Part shown: piece after piece, positions 1-12,653 of the stretch
Layout: the number at the start of each line of letters is the position of its first letter
Position numbering within the stretch: position 1 is the stretch's first letter
Assembly (NCBI GenBank): GCA_049724395.1
Contig: JAUGWO010000036.1
Coordinates: forward strand, 1-64,000
Length of the DNA: 64,000 nucleotides
Direction: 5' to 3'
From: Spongospora subterranea f. sp. subterranea
Taxonomy: Eukaryota
Translations under genes and position numbers: made by a program
The notes under the pieces: generated by a model
Seen by the model: the letters and a program-made list of their open reading frames with translations, nothing else
Told to the model about the DNA's origin: nothing
The model's database searches: none

Positions 1-35
1 AAATGCAAACTAACGACCATATACCCTACAAGCGC

Positions 36-1127
36 TTAGGTTTGGTAACTACAAAAGAAAAATAAGGTAAATGTACAGACCTCTCTTAGCGGAAACGAAG
101 TCCACATATCAGTAGTGATGCTACACTTGCGATTCCTGATGTGCCTTAAAAGAAATGAGCGAACTTTTACACGGGTTGCTTCCCAATGCTTCAGAATCCT
201 GGTCCGCACTGTATCTCTCGACGGCACGACATAACGTCTTTCCAGGGGTATCGCAAAAATCAATAAAGTCAGCCTGGTGAACAACATTGAAAGGCTGCGA
301 ATGATTGATGATCCATTTGATAAGATGATCGTTCGCTTTGTCAATACGATGGCTTTCCATCGGCGGACCTGACATTTTTGGCAATCAGTTTGTTTCTAGA
401 AACTTTAAAAAAGCCGTCGGTCAGCTTCATCTGGGTTGGGTCTAAGGTAAACTTCTTTGTGCTTGATTCTTAAATGCCGACGAATTGTGAAGGTATTCTT
501 GGTGTTCCAAACCTAACAAATGTAATGGTTGGGTAGACGGTATCATGGCAATCGGATCATGGGGTAAGAACATACCTGCTTTACCTTCTTGGCGTTGCAG
601 AGCTTACAACTCCAATATTTTGCGTCCGTTTAGAACGATTTGCTCAATGTGAGCATTGACATCTGATAGGGTATTCCCTGAACTCAACTTGGTGCCGTTG
701 AAAGAAGGTCACCATTCTCCGACTCATATTCGCGAGTACAGTCGATATCATCGAATTCAATGACTTCGCAAAAAGTTTCACTCATGATCTGGCATCGTTG
801 CTGTCAATTACAAATTGACAATCGTCAATCGTGATTCGTGGGATGCAGAGCTGGATTGCGGACTCCGGACTTGGGTTTGACTGCATACCAACCTATTAGG
901 ATTATTGACTGCATACCAATCTAAAATAGGATTATTGAGTATTGACGGCATACCAACCCTATAAATAGATATACCTGGTTGGAGTCGACTCGGAGTGACT
1001 CCGCGTTGACCAGCAAAACCTGGAGTCACTCCCGAGTCGACTCCATCATAAACTGGAGTCATGAGTGGAGTCGAGTCGACTCAGAGTCACTCGGAGTCGA
1101 CTCAACTGAGTGAGTCACGCAAGTCTA
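36..1127 (-). mobile_element. hAT DNA transposon, 5' part (degenerate transposase plus terminus)
   Basis: Minus-strand fragments 'KWIINHSQPFNVVHQADF' and 'CSITTDMWTS' (first catalytic Asp motif of hAT transposases). Dense GAGTCGACTC/GAGTCACTC subterminal repeats at ~980-1120 end in a TAGACTTG... terminus at 1127. Confidence 0.8.
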
Positions 1128-1689
1128 TAAAATCAGGACGCCTAACAATCGGCAGGAACCGATCAGGAAAAATGCGAGGAAACCAGTGAAGCGGCGAGGT
1201 CGCCAATAGTTGCTGGGATGTGGTGGCAAGGCTTTTTATAGTATATGTAGGTTTTAGTGGATGAATCTCCACAGTACCTTACGCGCTGGAGACTGTATGG
1301 TCTCTGACATGTTGATCGGGTGATCAATGTTAGCCTGGGGTTGGCTAACCGGGAAAACAAATGACCCGATGTGAAAGATTTCCTAACAGATTTGTTTTTT
1401 TTCCACTTGCACACACACAAGGAATTGGTCATTATGATGAGAAGGCAGCTCAAAGAAAGGCACTTTTCTGGGAGAGGGAAGTGTAGCATATAGGAATAAT
1501 AAATCCTTGGGCATAAGGATTAATCACCCCCTAATGCAATGGCGTGAGTCAAGCAGGATTACTGGACTCCAGGGAATGGCTAATACACACATTGAATTTG
1601 GAACGGATTCCAACGTGGAAACGCTACAGGTTTAATCATCGCCACGACAGTACCATGCTGTTGCAGTCTCTAATTCTCGAAAGCTTTTC

Positions 1690-2035
1690 TACAATGCGAT
1701 CGTTGATGGGAAAAGTCATGTACGGAGATCCTGCGTATGGCAATATGGAATATTTGATTTCTGGCTTCGTCGGGGCACAACTCAACACAGGACATCAGAG
1801 GTTTAACGCAAGAATATCTGCCGTCCGGGAGGCGGCCGAGTGGTCCTTCGGATTGCTGAAGGGAGTGTTTTCCTTTCTTGAAGAACAGGATGGTGATGCG
1901 GCAACCCCATTGCCAAAGAGGTTCTAGTGGGAACACTGCTTTCTAAATTTCCGAACGTGCATTTGCTGTGGAAACCAAATCAGTGACTTTTTCGATGTTA
2001 AACCGCCAACCCTGGAGGAATATCTTCAATCGTAA
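1690..2035 (+). pseudogene. Harbinger/PIF (DDE_Tnp_4) transposase C-terminal fragment
   Basis: 'MYGDPAYG...FNARISAVREAAEWSFGLLKGVFSFL', then after a frameshift 'GNQISDFFDVKPPTLEEYLQ'. Confidence 0.75.
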
Positions 2036-2309
2036 TAAAGTGAAATCACTTCTGGTTATCAGATCGCCGTCATATTCACATTAGTTTTCAAGAGTGTAAG
2101 CGGCTTGAGACAGAACCCTTAATTTGATTCCCGCTGCGTATGCACGGTCTGCAGTCAAGAAGCGCCTTGGCCACTCTAACCTATTTCACAATGGGTCACA
2201 GCATAACTTTCCGATCCGTACTGAAATCAAAGACGCCAAATATCCATTAATAAAAGTTTGATACGGGTAGCAGATTTTAGTTCGTAAAGGAACTCAGCAC
2301 GAACTCACG

Positions 2310-3527
2310 AGGTTTTTGTACGGTACGCAACTCAAGAAACGTACGGTACGAATTCAAGAAATGTAAGGTTCGAACTCAAGAAATGTACGGTACGAACTCA
2401 AGAAATGTACTGTTCGAACTCAAGAAATGTACGGTACGAACTCAAGACATGTACGGTTCGAACTCAAGAAATGTACGGTACGAACTCAAGAAATTTACGG
2501 TACGAACTCAAGAAATGATGTTTCCAACTCAAGAAATGTACGGTACGAACACAAGGTATGGTATGGTATACAAAGGATCGCGGGTTCTTATGGGTTGAGC
2601 AAGCCTGTGTACTACCAAGGCTTTCCCTACTTCCGCCTGGCCGCTACAAGTAACTTGGGTATCCAATGAAGGAACCTATTAGACCAGCTGGATTCAGCAA
2701 CATAATCTGTCCTAACGACCACACCGAATGGGCCCTGCCGGCACCTGATTACATTGCCTATCCAGAGTTTCCGAGTTTACTGCACGCAGCTCGCTCTCCC
2801 ACATTCATTAGAGGCCACGTGGTCAGACCTTCGTGCTCAACATTCACTCTACTTTTCCGTATTGGATGCAACCTTGGGGGGTTGCCAAAATTCCATCACT
2901 CACGGGGTTTTGAACTCATGACCAACACTCCACCCGGACATGCCTGCCACCAACAGGGACAGACACCAACCAAGCTTGACGAACACAAGAAATGTACGGT
3001 TCGAACTCAAGAAATGTACGGTTCGAACTCAAGAAATGTTTGGTTCGAACTCAAGAAAAATGTTTGGTTCGAACTCAAGAAATGTACGGTACGAACTCAA
3101 GAATGTGCGGTACGAACTGACTAAGAAATGTACGGTACGAACTGAAGAGATGTACGATACGAACTCAAGAAATGTGTGGTACGAACTCAAGAATTGTACG
3201 GTCCGAATTCAAGAAATGTACGGTTCGAACTGAAGAAATGTATGGTACGAACTCAAAAAATGTACGGTACGAACTCAAGAAATGTATGTTTCGAAACTCA
3301 AGAAATGTACGGTACGAACACAAGAAATGTACGGAATCGAAATCCAAGACATGTACGGTACGAACTCAAGAAAAGTACGGTTCGAACTTACGGTACGAAC
3401 TCAAGAAATGTACGGTACGAACTCAAGAAATGTATGTTTGAACTCAAGAAATGTACGGTACGAACACAAGAAATGAACGGTTCGAATTCAAGAAATGTAC
3501 GGTACGAACTCAAGAAAAAATGTACGA
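2310..3527. repeat. Degenerate 22-bp minisatellite (GAACTCAAGAAATGTACGGTAC)n, interrupted by an insertion at 2556-2978
   Basis: Head-to-tail units visible at ~2310-2555 and 2979-3527. Confidence 0.95.
2556..2978 (-). mobile_element. Probable tRNA-derived SINE (~423 bp) with (TACCA)n tail and 11-bp TSD
   Basis: ACGAACACAAG lies on both sides (2545-2555, 2979-2989). The minus strand has A-box-like AGCTTGGTTGG (2966-2976) and B-box GAGTTCAAAAC (2907-2917). The 3' end TTTGTATACCATACCATAC equals the LINE tail at ~40697-40726. Confidence 0.7.
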
Positions 3528-3570
3528 GTTGATAAAAACGTTGCAGGTTTTCCTGACGAATGATGGTTTC

Positions 3571-4141
3571 CTGCATTCAGTTAGCCAGGGAGCGTATCAG
3601 ACTATGCGCTAACATATGAAGACCATCATTACTTACCAGAGAGGATACACTCTAATGACTCTCCGAAGGAACTTAATACAGTTTAGTTCGCAATCAACCT
3701 TCTTCGCATCTGTAAGACTAAGAGTCCCGATTGCGAGACAATTTCTATCGCCTCGTTGGCTTCGTCCGAAGCTTTTCGGGGAACGGTTTTCGTTTCGATT
3801 TGTTCTGCGCACATGTGTCGCAGAATGGACTTTCTTCTCCAGTGATTTTTATACCAATCGTCGATTCCACTATGTTCTTCAATCGTTCGTCCGATGTGGC
3901 CAAATCGATGGTGTGCTTGTTCAAGAGTGATTGTCTCGAATGCATTCATTGTCGGACTCTTCAGTGGCGCTATTGTGTACGAACCATTCTTCATCTGCAT
4001 TCAGTTAGCCAGGGAGCGTATCAGACTATGCGATAACATATGAAGACCATCATTACTTAACAGAGAGAGTACACTCTAATGACTCTCCCAAGGAACGCAA
4101 TAAAGTTTAGTTCGCTATCAACCTTCTTGCGCATTGTAAGA
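3571..4141 (-). mobile_element. Copia fragment (GAG-pre-integrase region) with a duplicated ~145-bp segment
   Basis: 'ITLEQAHHRFGHIG' and 'CDTCAQNKSKRKPF' form the HHCC region. Diverged direct copies at 3571-3717 and 3995-4141. Confidence 0.7.
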
Positions 4142-4259
4142 AAAGTTGCAAAAAAATGATTTTGAGAGCAGCATGAGTTTCCCGAAAAACGTTCGGGAAA
4201 TTTTTCGGGAAAGTTACCCGAAATTCATATATCTGTGACTAGCTCCTGAGCTACCAATG

Positions 4260-6560
4260 CAGTAAGGAAATTCGAAAAACGAATTACGAAACTGTACGGA
4301 AAACTCTGTAATGGTGTAGATCCACCATCGGGAGCGTGTCATACGTTCCTATCCACCCGTATTCCTTGCCGCCATATTGCTGCAGTCGTACCGCACATTA
4401 ACATAGACTTCTTTCAGGTAAATCATCTTAATTGCATTGGTATCATCTGCCGGATCGCTGGCGTATTTCGCCAACATCCGCTCATGGTTTTGGCCGCCAA
4501 GCAACTTTTTGGTTGGTTAGATGCAGCTCGAGATGGCAGGCTTGGTTGCGCTTCTGAACAAGAATCTGCCAGAGATTTGATGTTGCAAGCCTTTAATCAA
4601 ATTCAATATCCGTCAAAGCTAACCTCACGATATAAAACTTTGCTACTTAAATGCAAAGAACTAATTTCCCACGCTACAAAAAATGAAGTTTTGTTCAAAC
4701 GGTCAATTATTGCAATCAATAGCGTGATCAATAGCGATGGCGACCCAACGTCGACTTCAGACGGTCGTTCAATGAATACTCCTTACAATCTTATTTTTGA
4801 CGTGGTGTCTCATTTTCAGAATCATATTTGCTGGCGCCGCCTTGTACCAGGCCGGCAGCACATCGATACAACCAACCGCCATCCTGCAGCAGTTCGGCAG
4901 CGAAAAAAGCAGCGCGTGGAGGTCAAGCACTGTTCGCAATGCGCCACGAAATGGGGTTTTATCTACTGATGGACATCGTTCAGCAGAAAGATGTCCTTTC
5001 TTTAATCAATCATCCCATGCGGTATCATCGGGTTCACTATCTACCGGTATTTTTTCCAATTATTCCATGAAAACTTTCTTATGTCTTGTACTTCTAGAGG
5101 TCGAACTTGTTGATTCCAGCAGACCATCGTCATCAGAAATTTTTGATGCCATCATTCCGGTGAAAGAGCAATGGTCACCATCACCGTGTTGCTGGTATGT
5201 ATTCGATTATTCCATTGAATTTCCCTGACTGCGAAACCCGAGAATAGTCGTCTCCACCATCAGCATCCGCGCTCTTGCAGACAGTTTGAGGAATTGTTCC
5301 TTGCTTCAGTTTCAGTCGCGGCTTGATAAAAATGGTCAAACCCAATGACGATGCTAGAGCAAGTTGCCGTTTGGTGCGGCATAATCAGCATCAGCTTCTT
5401 GAACAGGCAATCGATGTTGGTGTAATGGTATGGCTTGCTAATCTCGTTGCTTTGTCAAGATGCTTCGTTCTTGCCTCATCGTTCTGTTGTGGACTTGGCC
5501 CAGAGTTTAATCTTGATATCATATTCAATCAAGCATTCAACCCAAGGTCCACTTTTGCAGTTATTATGCAGGATTTCTACATTGTGTTCCGTTTTCGTCA
5601 GACGTTTCTTTCATTTTTTCATTGTATGCAACATGGTTGCCACGTTAATAAAATTTTCTCGTTCAACCCTGAATTTGATGCTAGTGATGTACTAGATGCC
5701 ATGACTGCTCTACAAATTGCGCTGCAAATGGGCCCTGCTGCCTACGAATACATTACTTCTTGCCTGAGCATGAAACCGGCAGCTACGCAACAACAGGGAT
5801 GATGACTCCTTGAATCCGAAACATGTTATTAGAAGTTCTCGGCCATTGTCGCCGTCCAATACCTCGAAATTTTGGCGTGGCCACAACTCGGGCGATTTGA
5901 TGTTCAGGTTCAGGAAGGGACAACGTCTCGATAACTTTTCTATCAATGCGTGTTCTGATATTTCCGAACATACCACCCTAAGGTGTTAGCTCTTCCGTGT
6001 TATGTCTGCCGAGACAGTCACAAATATCCCGTTTCCTGATGAAAACGACACTTCGATCAAACTGATTCTCTGTCCTATCTTTGTTTGTGTTTTCGCGTCA
6101 TTGCAACAAGCAGCTGTACTGACTTGGCGATATAGTTCAATGATCACTGGATGTTGATATCCATCTACCTGGATGAAGAGGTCATTTTCCTCCATGATCC
6201 TGTAAGATCGGCAAGGTTTCAAGATAAGTTACATGAGGTCAATATGTTGTGTATTCAGCCATGGCTTTTTGACATTTTCCTGACAGTGATTGGGAAACCG
6301 CAATGGCCCATGGTCCGCTTCAAAGGGACTCTGTAAACTGTGGGTTATTTATTTATTTACAGGAGCTGCTGCTCTGGCAGATCAGTCCATCGTGCCAGAT
6401 GAACTATCCGAGTTTGAACTTGACCTCATTAGGATTCACTGTCTTTTCGAGTTAATTTAATAAATTCATGAGCAATTCCGGCTATTTAAACATGACTTTA
6501 TATGGTCCTAGACCAATCCAGGTCCTGCTACGAATCCACTGTTTATTGATATACGTATTT
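4260..6560 (+). mobile_element. Degenerate MULE-type element 3' region: SWIM finger, CCHC knuckle, Ulp1-like peptidase remnants
   Basis: 'CHTFLSTRIPCRHIAAV' (~4336-4387, SWIM); 'HCSQCATK...GHRSAERCP' (~4930-5000); 'AIIPV...WYVFD' and 'EQAIDVGV'; a second 'NDHWMLISIYLDEEVIFLHDP' (~6139-6201). Confidence 0.55.
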
Positions 6561-7089
6561 CAAAAAGGTTATGGATCCTTTTCAGATTGAGTTCGCACTC
6601 GGACAGTTCATCCGGCAAGGAGGACTAAAAAGCCATTGTGACAATAAACACCTCCTGTAATTTGTTTTGAAAAGTTGCCGACCTCAGTGAATCAGAGGAA
6701 ACTCATCACATCATCCAGGTCGATCAACACCCAGTGATTATTGAACTATCGATTGACAAGGCAGTAAAGATGTTTTTTTCGACGGCCATCCGCATAATAG
6801 TTTTGATAACACTGGATTCGTAGCAGGTCCTGGATTGGTCTATGACCATATAGAGTCAAGTTCATATAGCCGGCCTTGGTCTAAAGTTCAAAACTGACCT
6901 TTACTGAATGTATATAATAAATAACGACAGTCAAAACCAAATCTGGTTGGGTCGGAAGTCGACGGCTGAAAATCTGGGCCATGATTTCTGATTGGGCCAG
7001 CAGTGGACAGCTGAGAAGATGTCCGTATCTGTCGACAGCTGAAACGCATGACCTTTGACAATGTGCACAAATGAAATTAGAGCAGTGTT

Positions 7090-8225
7090 GGGTTTGTGAG
7101 AGCCAGTGAGGGCCTGTGAGGGACTGTGTATTATATCTGAATTGGTCCACTGAAACAGTTTCAAAATGCCCATTGACCTTTTTGACAGAATTCTGAATGA
7201 CATCACCCAGCACAACGAGTATTTTCGTCAGAAGAAGGACGCGGCTGGTGTTCTCGGCGCTACTCCACTTCAAAAAGTAGCGGCTGCTGTTCGAATTCTC
7301 ACGTCGGGTGTTGCCGCGCAGGAACTCGATGACAAGTATCGTCTGGCAGCATCCACGATCCTGGAGTCGCCCAAACAGTTTTGCTCATCAATGACGGTAA
7401 TATATGAGGAAACGGCGTTGAGATATCCAAACTAACAGGATCTTAATCGTCTGTTGGATGAGGGCCTGCAGGCTGGATTTCCCGGATGCATCGGGTCGAT
7501 AAACTGCATCCACTGGCAGTGGAAGAACTGCCCTTCCAGCTGGAAAGACATGTTCCAGGGTAAAAGAGAGAGTCCCAACAGTTGTTCTAAAGGCGATTGC
7601 CGACCATCGCGGTCGGTTTTGGCATTCATCAACTTTGGATCGCCTGGTGCGCTGAACGATATCAACGTGCTGGACCGATCGTCGTTGTGTTTCAATGCTG
7701 TCACGGGATCAGCCCGACTGTCCGTTATTCCTTGAATGGACGTGAATACTCCTTCCCATATTGGTTGGCCGACGGAATATATCCCGAATATGCCTGCTCT
7801 GTCAAGACGGTTCCGAACCCGGCAAGCCGTATGCAAAAGTACTTTGCATCATGCCAGGAGGCGAAGCGAAAAGATATCGAGAGAGCATTCGGAGTCCTGC
7901 AAGCCCGCTGCTTCCACATACTGACCACAGGCTGTCGTTTATAACATCGCGAGGCAATGACCACTGTCATCAAGGCGTGCGTAATTCTTACAATTTGATA
8001 ATCGATCATCAACGAGAGTGCGGTCTGGATGATTCGTATATTAAAGACGCCGTATACATCCCGCAGCATCCATTTCAATTAATGCAGCGCGACCAGAACC
8101 AGCGTCCCTCAGATCGTTGCGCCCTGACTCTGGCCACGAAAAATCGTGAAGACCATCGAGACATTCAACAGCAATTAATGCGTTTTATGTGGGAGCGATA
8201 CTCTGAAGAGAACGAACAACTATAA
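7090..8225 (+). pseudogene. PIF/Harbinger transposase (plant-type), with stops and frameshifts
   Basis: 'YFRQKKDAAG...PLQKVAAAVRIL', 'GFPGCIGSINCIHWQWKNCP', 'YWLADGIYP', 'QEAKRKDIERAFGVLQAR'. Confidence 0.92.
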
Positions 8226-8449
8226 ATAATTCGAGTACATACAATGGCATTAGTTGAACGTCAGTGGAAACCACGATCAAACGGTGCTAGTTCTAACGAC
8301 GTGGAACGGATGTTCCGGAACGTACACAGCATTATTGATAGACGAGTATCCATGATGGTTTGAACGACCTCATTTCTTTACTGACGGCCGAGATCAAAAA
8401 TGTGCCGGTCGTTGAAGAAACCACCTACAACTCGGGTGCACCATCTAGA

Positions 8450-9239
8450 GGCACGGCAGAATCTTGCTCGACTTCGCCTTGCATCTCCTGGAGCATACGT
8501 AGCGCCTGAAGCTTGAAGTACATGTTTGACTCGTTGCTTTCGGGACATTGTTTAAAAAATTCCAGACGCAGCGCATTCTTCGCTATTGCGTTCCTGACTC
8601 GGGCAGCCTGGGCTATTCAAAGCAAAATAGCATCATCGTTCGACACTGTCGGTGATAGCGGCTGTGAGTTGAATTTCGCTTTTTTGGCAGCTTTCTTGCC
8701 GATACTGGGCCGCTCGGCATGTACTATATTTCAACAGGATCCTCTCCTGGCTCAACATTTTCAACACAGTCGAGACCTATTGCCGCCTTGACTTGCATAT
8801 TGACCTGGTCAATTGGTACAGCGAACTTCGGTAAACGACTAATAATGTCATAGACCTTGAGGTTCTTGAACCGTTTCTTTTTAGAGGCCTCTGCTGAATA
8901 CAGCACTTGTGCTTCTTCGATATAGTAGGCGTATTGCCAACCACTGTGATATTCCCGAAGGGATGCAGTCAGATGACCAATCCACTTCGCAACCTCCTTA
9001 TTGATGGTGATATTCCATCGATTGGAAAGAGAAATGGCGCTTCGGACGACACTTCTTGCTGTATTAAGACTCATATACGAAATTCGGATCTTTTCCCAGA
9101 ACGTGTCGCCGCTCTGGTCGGTACCGACGGCTGCGCACGTCGTCTCTTTGACAAAAGCTTGCGCCAAGGCCACATCCTCGTCCTCCTTAAAATTCGGCTG
9201 GCCGGCAAGCCGACCAGTTTTCGGTGCAGGGGACGACAA
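8450..9239 (-). pseudogene. Harbinger accessory Myb/SANT-like (NAM-associated) protein, frameshifted
   Basis: 'NFKEDEDVALAQAFV...VGTDQSGDTFWEKI...RSAISLSNRWN'; convergent with the transposase, the usual two-gene PIF layout. Confidence 0.8.
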
Positions 9240-9899
9240 CCGGTGTGGATCGAGGTTTGGAAACGCTAAAAAAATTCCGCGCTAATATATTTCTAGTTTA
9301 GCGATCTAGCTTTTAGCGCGACGGGTGGGGATCGCGGCCTTTTCAATGGTCCGTGACCCAATGACTCCCGTCGTGTCCAGTCAGGCGATACCGCGACTCT
9401 ACAGTAGTCGATGTCCAATTTCCGCGGCGATTCATATTCGGACTGCGTGTCATCACCCCTCATCATTTCATAATCCTTAATTCCTTGTCGATGTGGAGAT
9501 TCATGTTTTCGGGGGTCATTATAGTACTGGTGGGATTGAGTTTTGGTGCCTCCGAATCGGATTATGAAGACGTAATTAATGAGTTATACTCCTCCGATTG
9601 TGATGACTCAGCCTCCTCCATTGCGGATTATGAAGACATACGTGATGCCTCATCCTCCTCAGAAACGGTTTGTAGAGAATTACTTGACGCAATTCGAATC
9701 CGGTATATTGTATTCGTGTTGGGATATATCAAAAATGATTAATTACATTATTTAGACCTTCACCAGATGCGGATTTGGCGACAGCTGCGGATTTGGCCCG
9801 ACGGATTGGAGACCAGTGCATTCGTGGCTTCTTTGTTTTCAACGATGTCGATAAGGTCCTGCAACGGGTCGGAAAGGTTGGTATGTCTAATACTATATC

Positions 9900-10502
9900 T
9901 CACTGATCAAATATCACAGTACGGGGGGAGCCATTGCCGATTCACACCATAGCACTCATCGAGAAGCGGTAGTTTTGAGTTGACAATCGTCTGTTATTCC
10001 CTGAATGTTTAATAGGGGGGATGTGGCCAACATTCTATTCGATAAGGGGGCCGATGTATTTGTACTCGATAGATTTGAGAAAACTCCATTGCAGATCGCC
10101 ACTAGTCATAAGCAGTAATATATGCCACATTAGATGTGTCACCAATTGTCTGACATTTATATAGAATTAACGCCGTCCAGAAGATCATCGAAATATTAAA
10201 CGGCCACGGCACCACTAGAAAACAACGAGAACTTGATCATATCAATAAAAAGGGTCAGACTGCACTCCATATTGCAGTTAAACTCCAGAGGTTGGTCTTA
10301 TAATGTGTGGCAGCCTGATCTGCTGTCGTTAATTGCTACTGTGTTTAGTATTCAGATGGTCACGACGTTGCAGAATGCAGGGGCCAATCCCGAGATTCCT
10401 GTTCTGGGTAATGGGAATACAGCGCTGGAGATGGCGATTTTTGAATGGAACGAACATCACTTTCCGAAGATGCCTATCAATAATTCAGCGTTTACGAAAT
10501 GA
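9900..10502 (+). pseudogene. Ankyrin-repeat gene fragment (spliced, probably decayed)
   Basis: 'DKGADVFVLDRFEKTPLQIA', 'KKGQTALHIAV' and 'AGANPEIPVLGNGNTALEMA', separated by short GT-AG intervals. Confidence 0.65.
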
Positions 10503-11822
10503 AAATTGATAAACCAGTGGCGTCGTTAGACAGCTCTCAGTGGGTTTTTGTCGAATTTCCAGCCAAACTCCTCTGCTTCTCAATTAGGGTGGACCAAAAT
10601 TGCAGTTGTCACTATTGAGGAAAATATCACAAGTGTCGATACCCAATATTATAAGGACCATATCACCTCTCCACATTCGCCATTAGACCTATCCCCGGGA
10701 ACAATGATGATAATCCCATTGAAATTGAGTAGCCAGTAGTAAAGATAGTGCCAGATCATTTGTTGGTAATGACGGAATCGCCCGATATTTCCCAATCCAG
10801 ATCTCGTTGACCATCACAATTCCGTATGAGACTAATCCATTACTATTCTTCCTTGAATTCCTATTAAACACCAGCCGGATCCATTGCAACGGGTATCACA
10901 ATATTATCAGAATATCGCAAATTCCAATATCGTCATCATGCTTTTTCATGTTCAACGGTGCCTGCGATGAATGGCAACAACATGACAAGTGTGTTGATTA
11001 TTACCAAACGAAGGATTAAGATCAAAGGCAGTTCGGATCACACTTTCTGACAACCACAAAACCGGTACGTTTTTGTCTATTCTAATGATTTTTTTCTTCT
11101 TCCGGTTCTGTGTCCTCCTTGTTAGCAGTTTCAATGTTTGTTCGAGATGCAATTTGTCGTTTATCCGTGTTGCCACTTCTAATCGTCAAAGTAATCCAGT
11201 TGTTTTGCCTGTGAAGAACTTTGCGTCAATATTGTGTCAAATGGGCAATTCCCATCTCAGCGATGGCCATTCGATTTTTACTCGATTGTTTTGTTGCCAA
11301 GGTGAGCACTGAGTTTCGGCCCGGTTTTGCGCTAGCGACGACACATTGCTGCATTCATCGGCGCAATCCATTTTCTCGGTGGCGCCACCACTTCACAATG
11401 GGTCGTGTCTTGATTAGCCCAACATGATCATTGATTATTTCCAACGTTGAGTTGAATGAGGGCCAATATTCGGATAACAGGAATATAGCAATTCCACGTG
11501 GGATTCCGTTTTAATGCAATCTGTTTTTATTTGCCATTCCCTGGAGTCGATCAAAATCTATCTTGTGTCGAGACAGTTCAAGTCCCAAGCGCATTGCTCA
11601 GGAGCAGTCAAAGCGCGACAGATTGTTGTCCAAATTGATTGAATCCTGGAAGAGCATCACAGCCGCCACACGACTTATTACTTTCACGCTGCATGTTTCG
11701 ACAGGTCAAATATCGAAGGGTTTGAAATAATATCATTTATCGATATTGGTGGCTAACATCGCCGGCAATGCCTTAGGTTCGAAAAGGGCAAACAATTTCT
11801 TGACAATCCTGTCAATGAAAAG

Positions 11823-12653
11823 ATGTTAATATACCAGCCAATTCACGTTGTTCCTGTTCCTGTCCTTTCTGAAGACGGTATCAGCAAAGCGTTCACACCG
11901 GCGTTCAACCTCATTGCGAAGCGCTGTCAAACTGTGCTTGTCGATGTGTCAAGTGATGGTCATTGTGCTGCGCTTGCGATGGCACTGTTCGGGTCGTTTA
12001 CTGCTGTCAATGTGACAATGGGGATGGTGCATTTATATGATAGAGAGCGCCAACTGGTAATTTCTGTCATCAAGAACATATATGAAGGGACTTTAGACGA
12101 GGAAGGTTTGAAATTGATGGTGAGTCATCGCCAAGTCGATCTTCTCTGCGGGTTTCTCCCCAATCAATACGATTCCGAACTATTTCAGACCTGCTCTTCC
12201 TAAGATGTAATGTTCGTTTTGGAACATTCTAGGTACGATCTCGAACTGCTGATATTCGTTCTTTTCATCGGTCGATGTTGCCGTGCATATTCTGCCACAG
12301 ACTATTCACGGTTCAGGGAGTGAATACCCTGATCCGGAATTACCAGCGCTGAATTCGTTTGAGTACATCACTAGGTTTTGCCCGATGGACATTACGCCGC
12401 CTGATGACGATGCAACACAGATTGCGTTAATTCATGGCGTGTTCGAGAACGTGCAACACCTGGTCGGACATCACCAAGATAAAACGGGATTTCAATCCAA
12501 TCATAACTGGGCACTAAAGCCCCTTCAATGTCGTGACCAGGACCACGTGGCCGCTTTACTGGCGCCGTTCAATACTCTGGTCAAGAACCATTACGACGTG
12601 GACTTCATCGTTATCCCTTTTACCGTCCAAGAAGCGCTTTGTGCAATCCTCCA
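11823..12653 (+). pseudogene. Broken ORF with a possible OTU-like cysteine peptidase motif
   Basis: 'VDVSSDGHCAALAMALFG' resembles the OTU D-G-x-C loop; there is a downstream His in 'SNHNWAL'. The ORF is interrupted by a stop. Confidence 0.3.

Noticed and set aside
2310..3527. CRISPR array, telomere repeat or repeat-protein ORFs
   Set aside because: No spacers, internal position, degenerate units; the ORFs simply translate the repeat.
3571..4141. TRIM or mini LTR element
   Set aside because: The direct repeats lack TG...CA ends, PBS, PPT and TSD, and look like coding sequence.
5710..6222. Minus-strand Hsp70-like fragment
   Set aside because: Only superficial resemblance; the plus strand carries more coherent Ulp1-like motifs.
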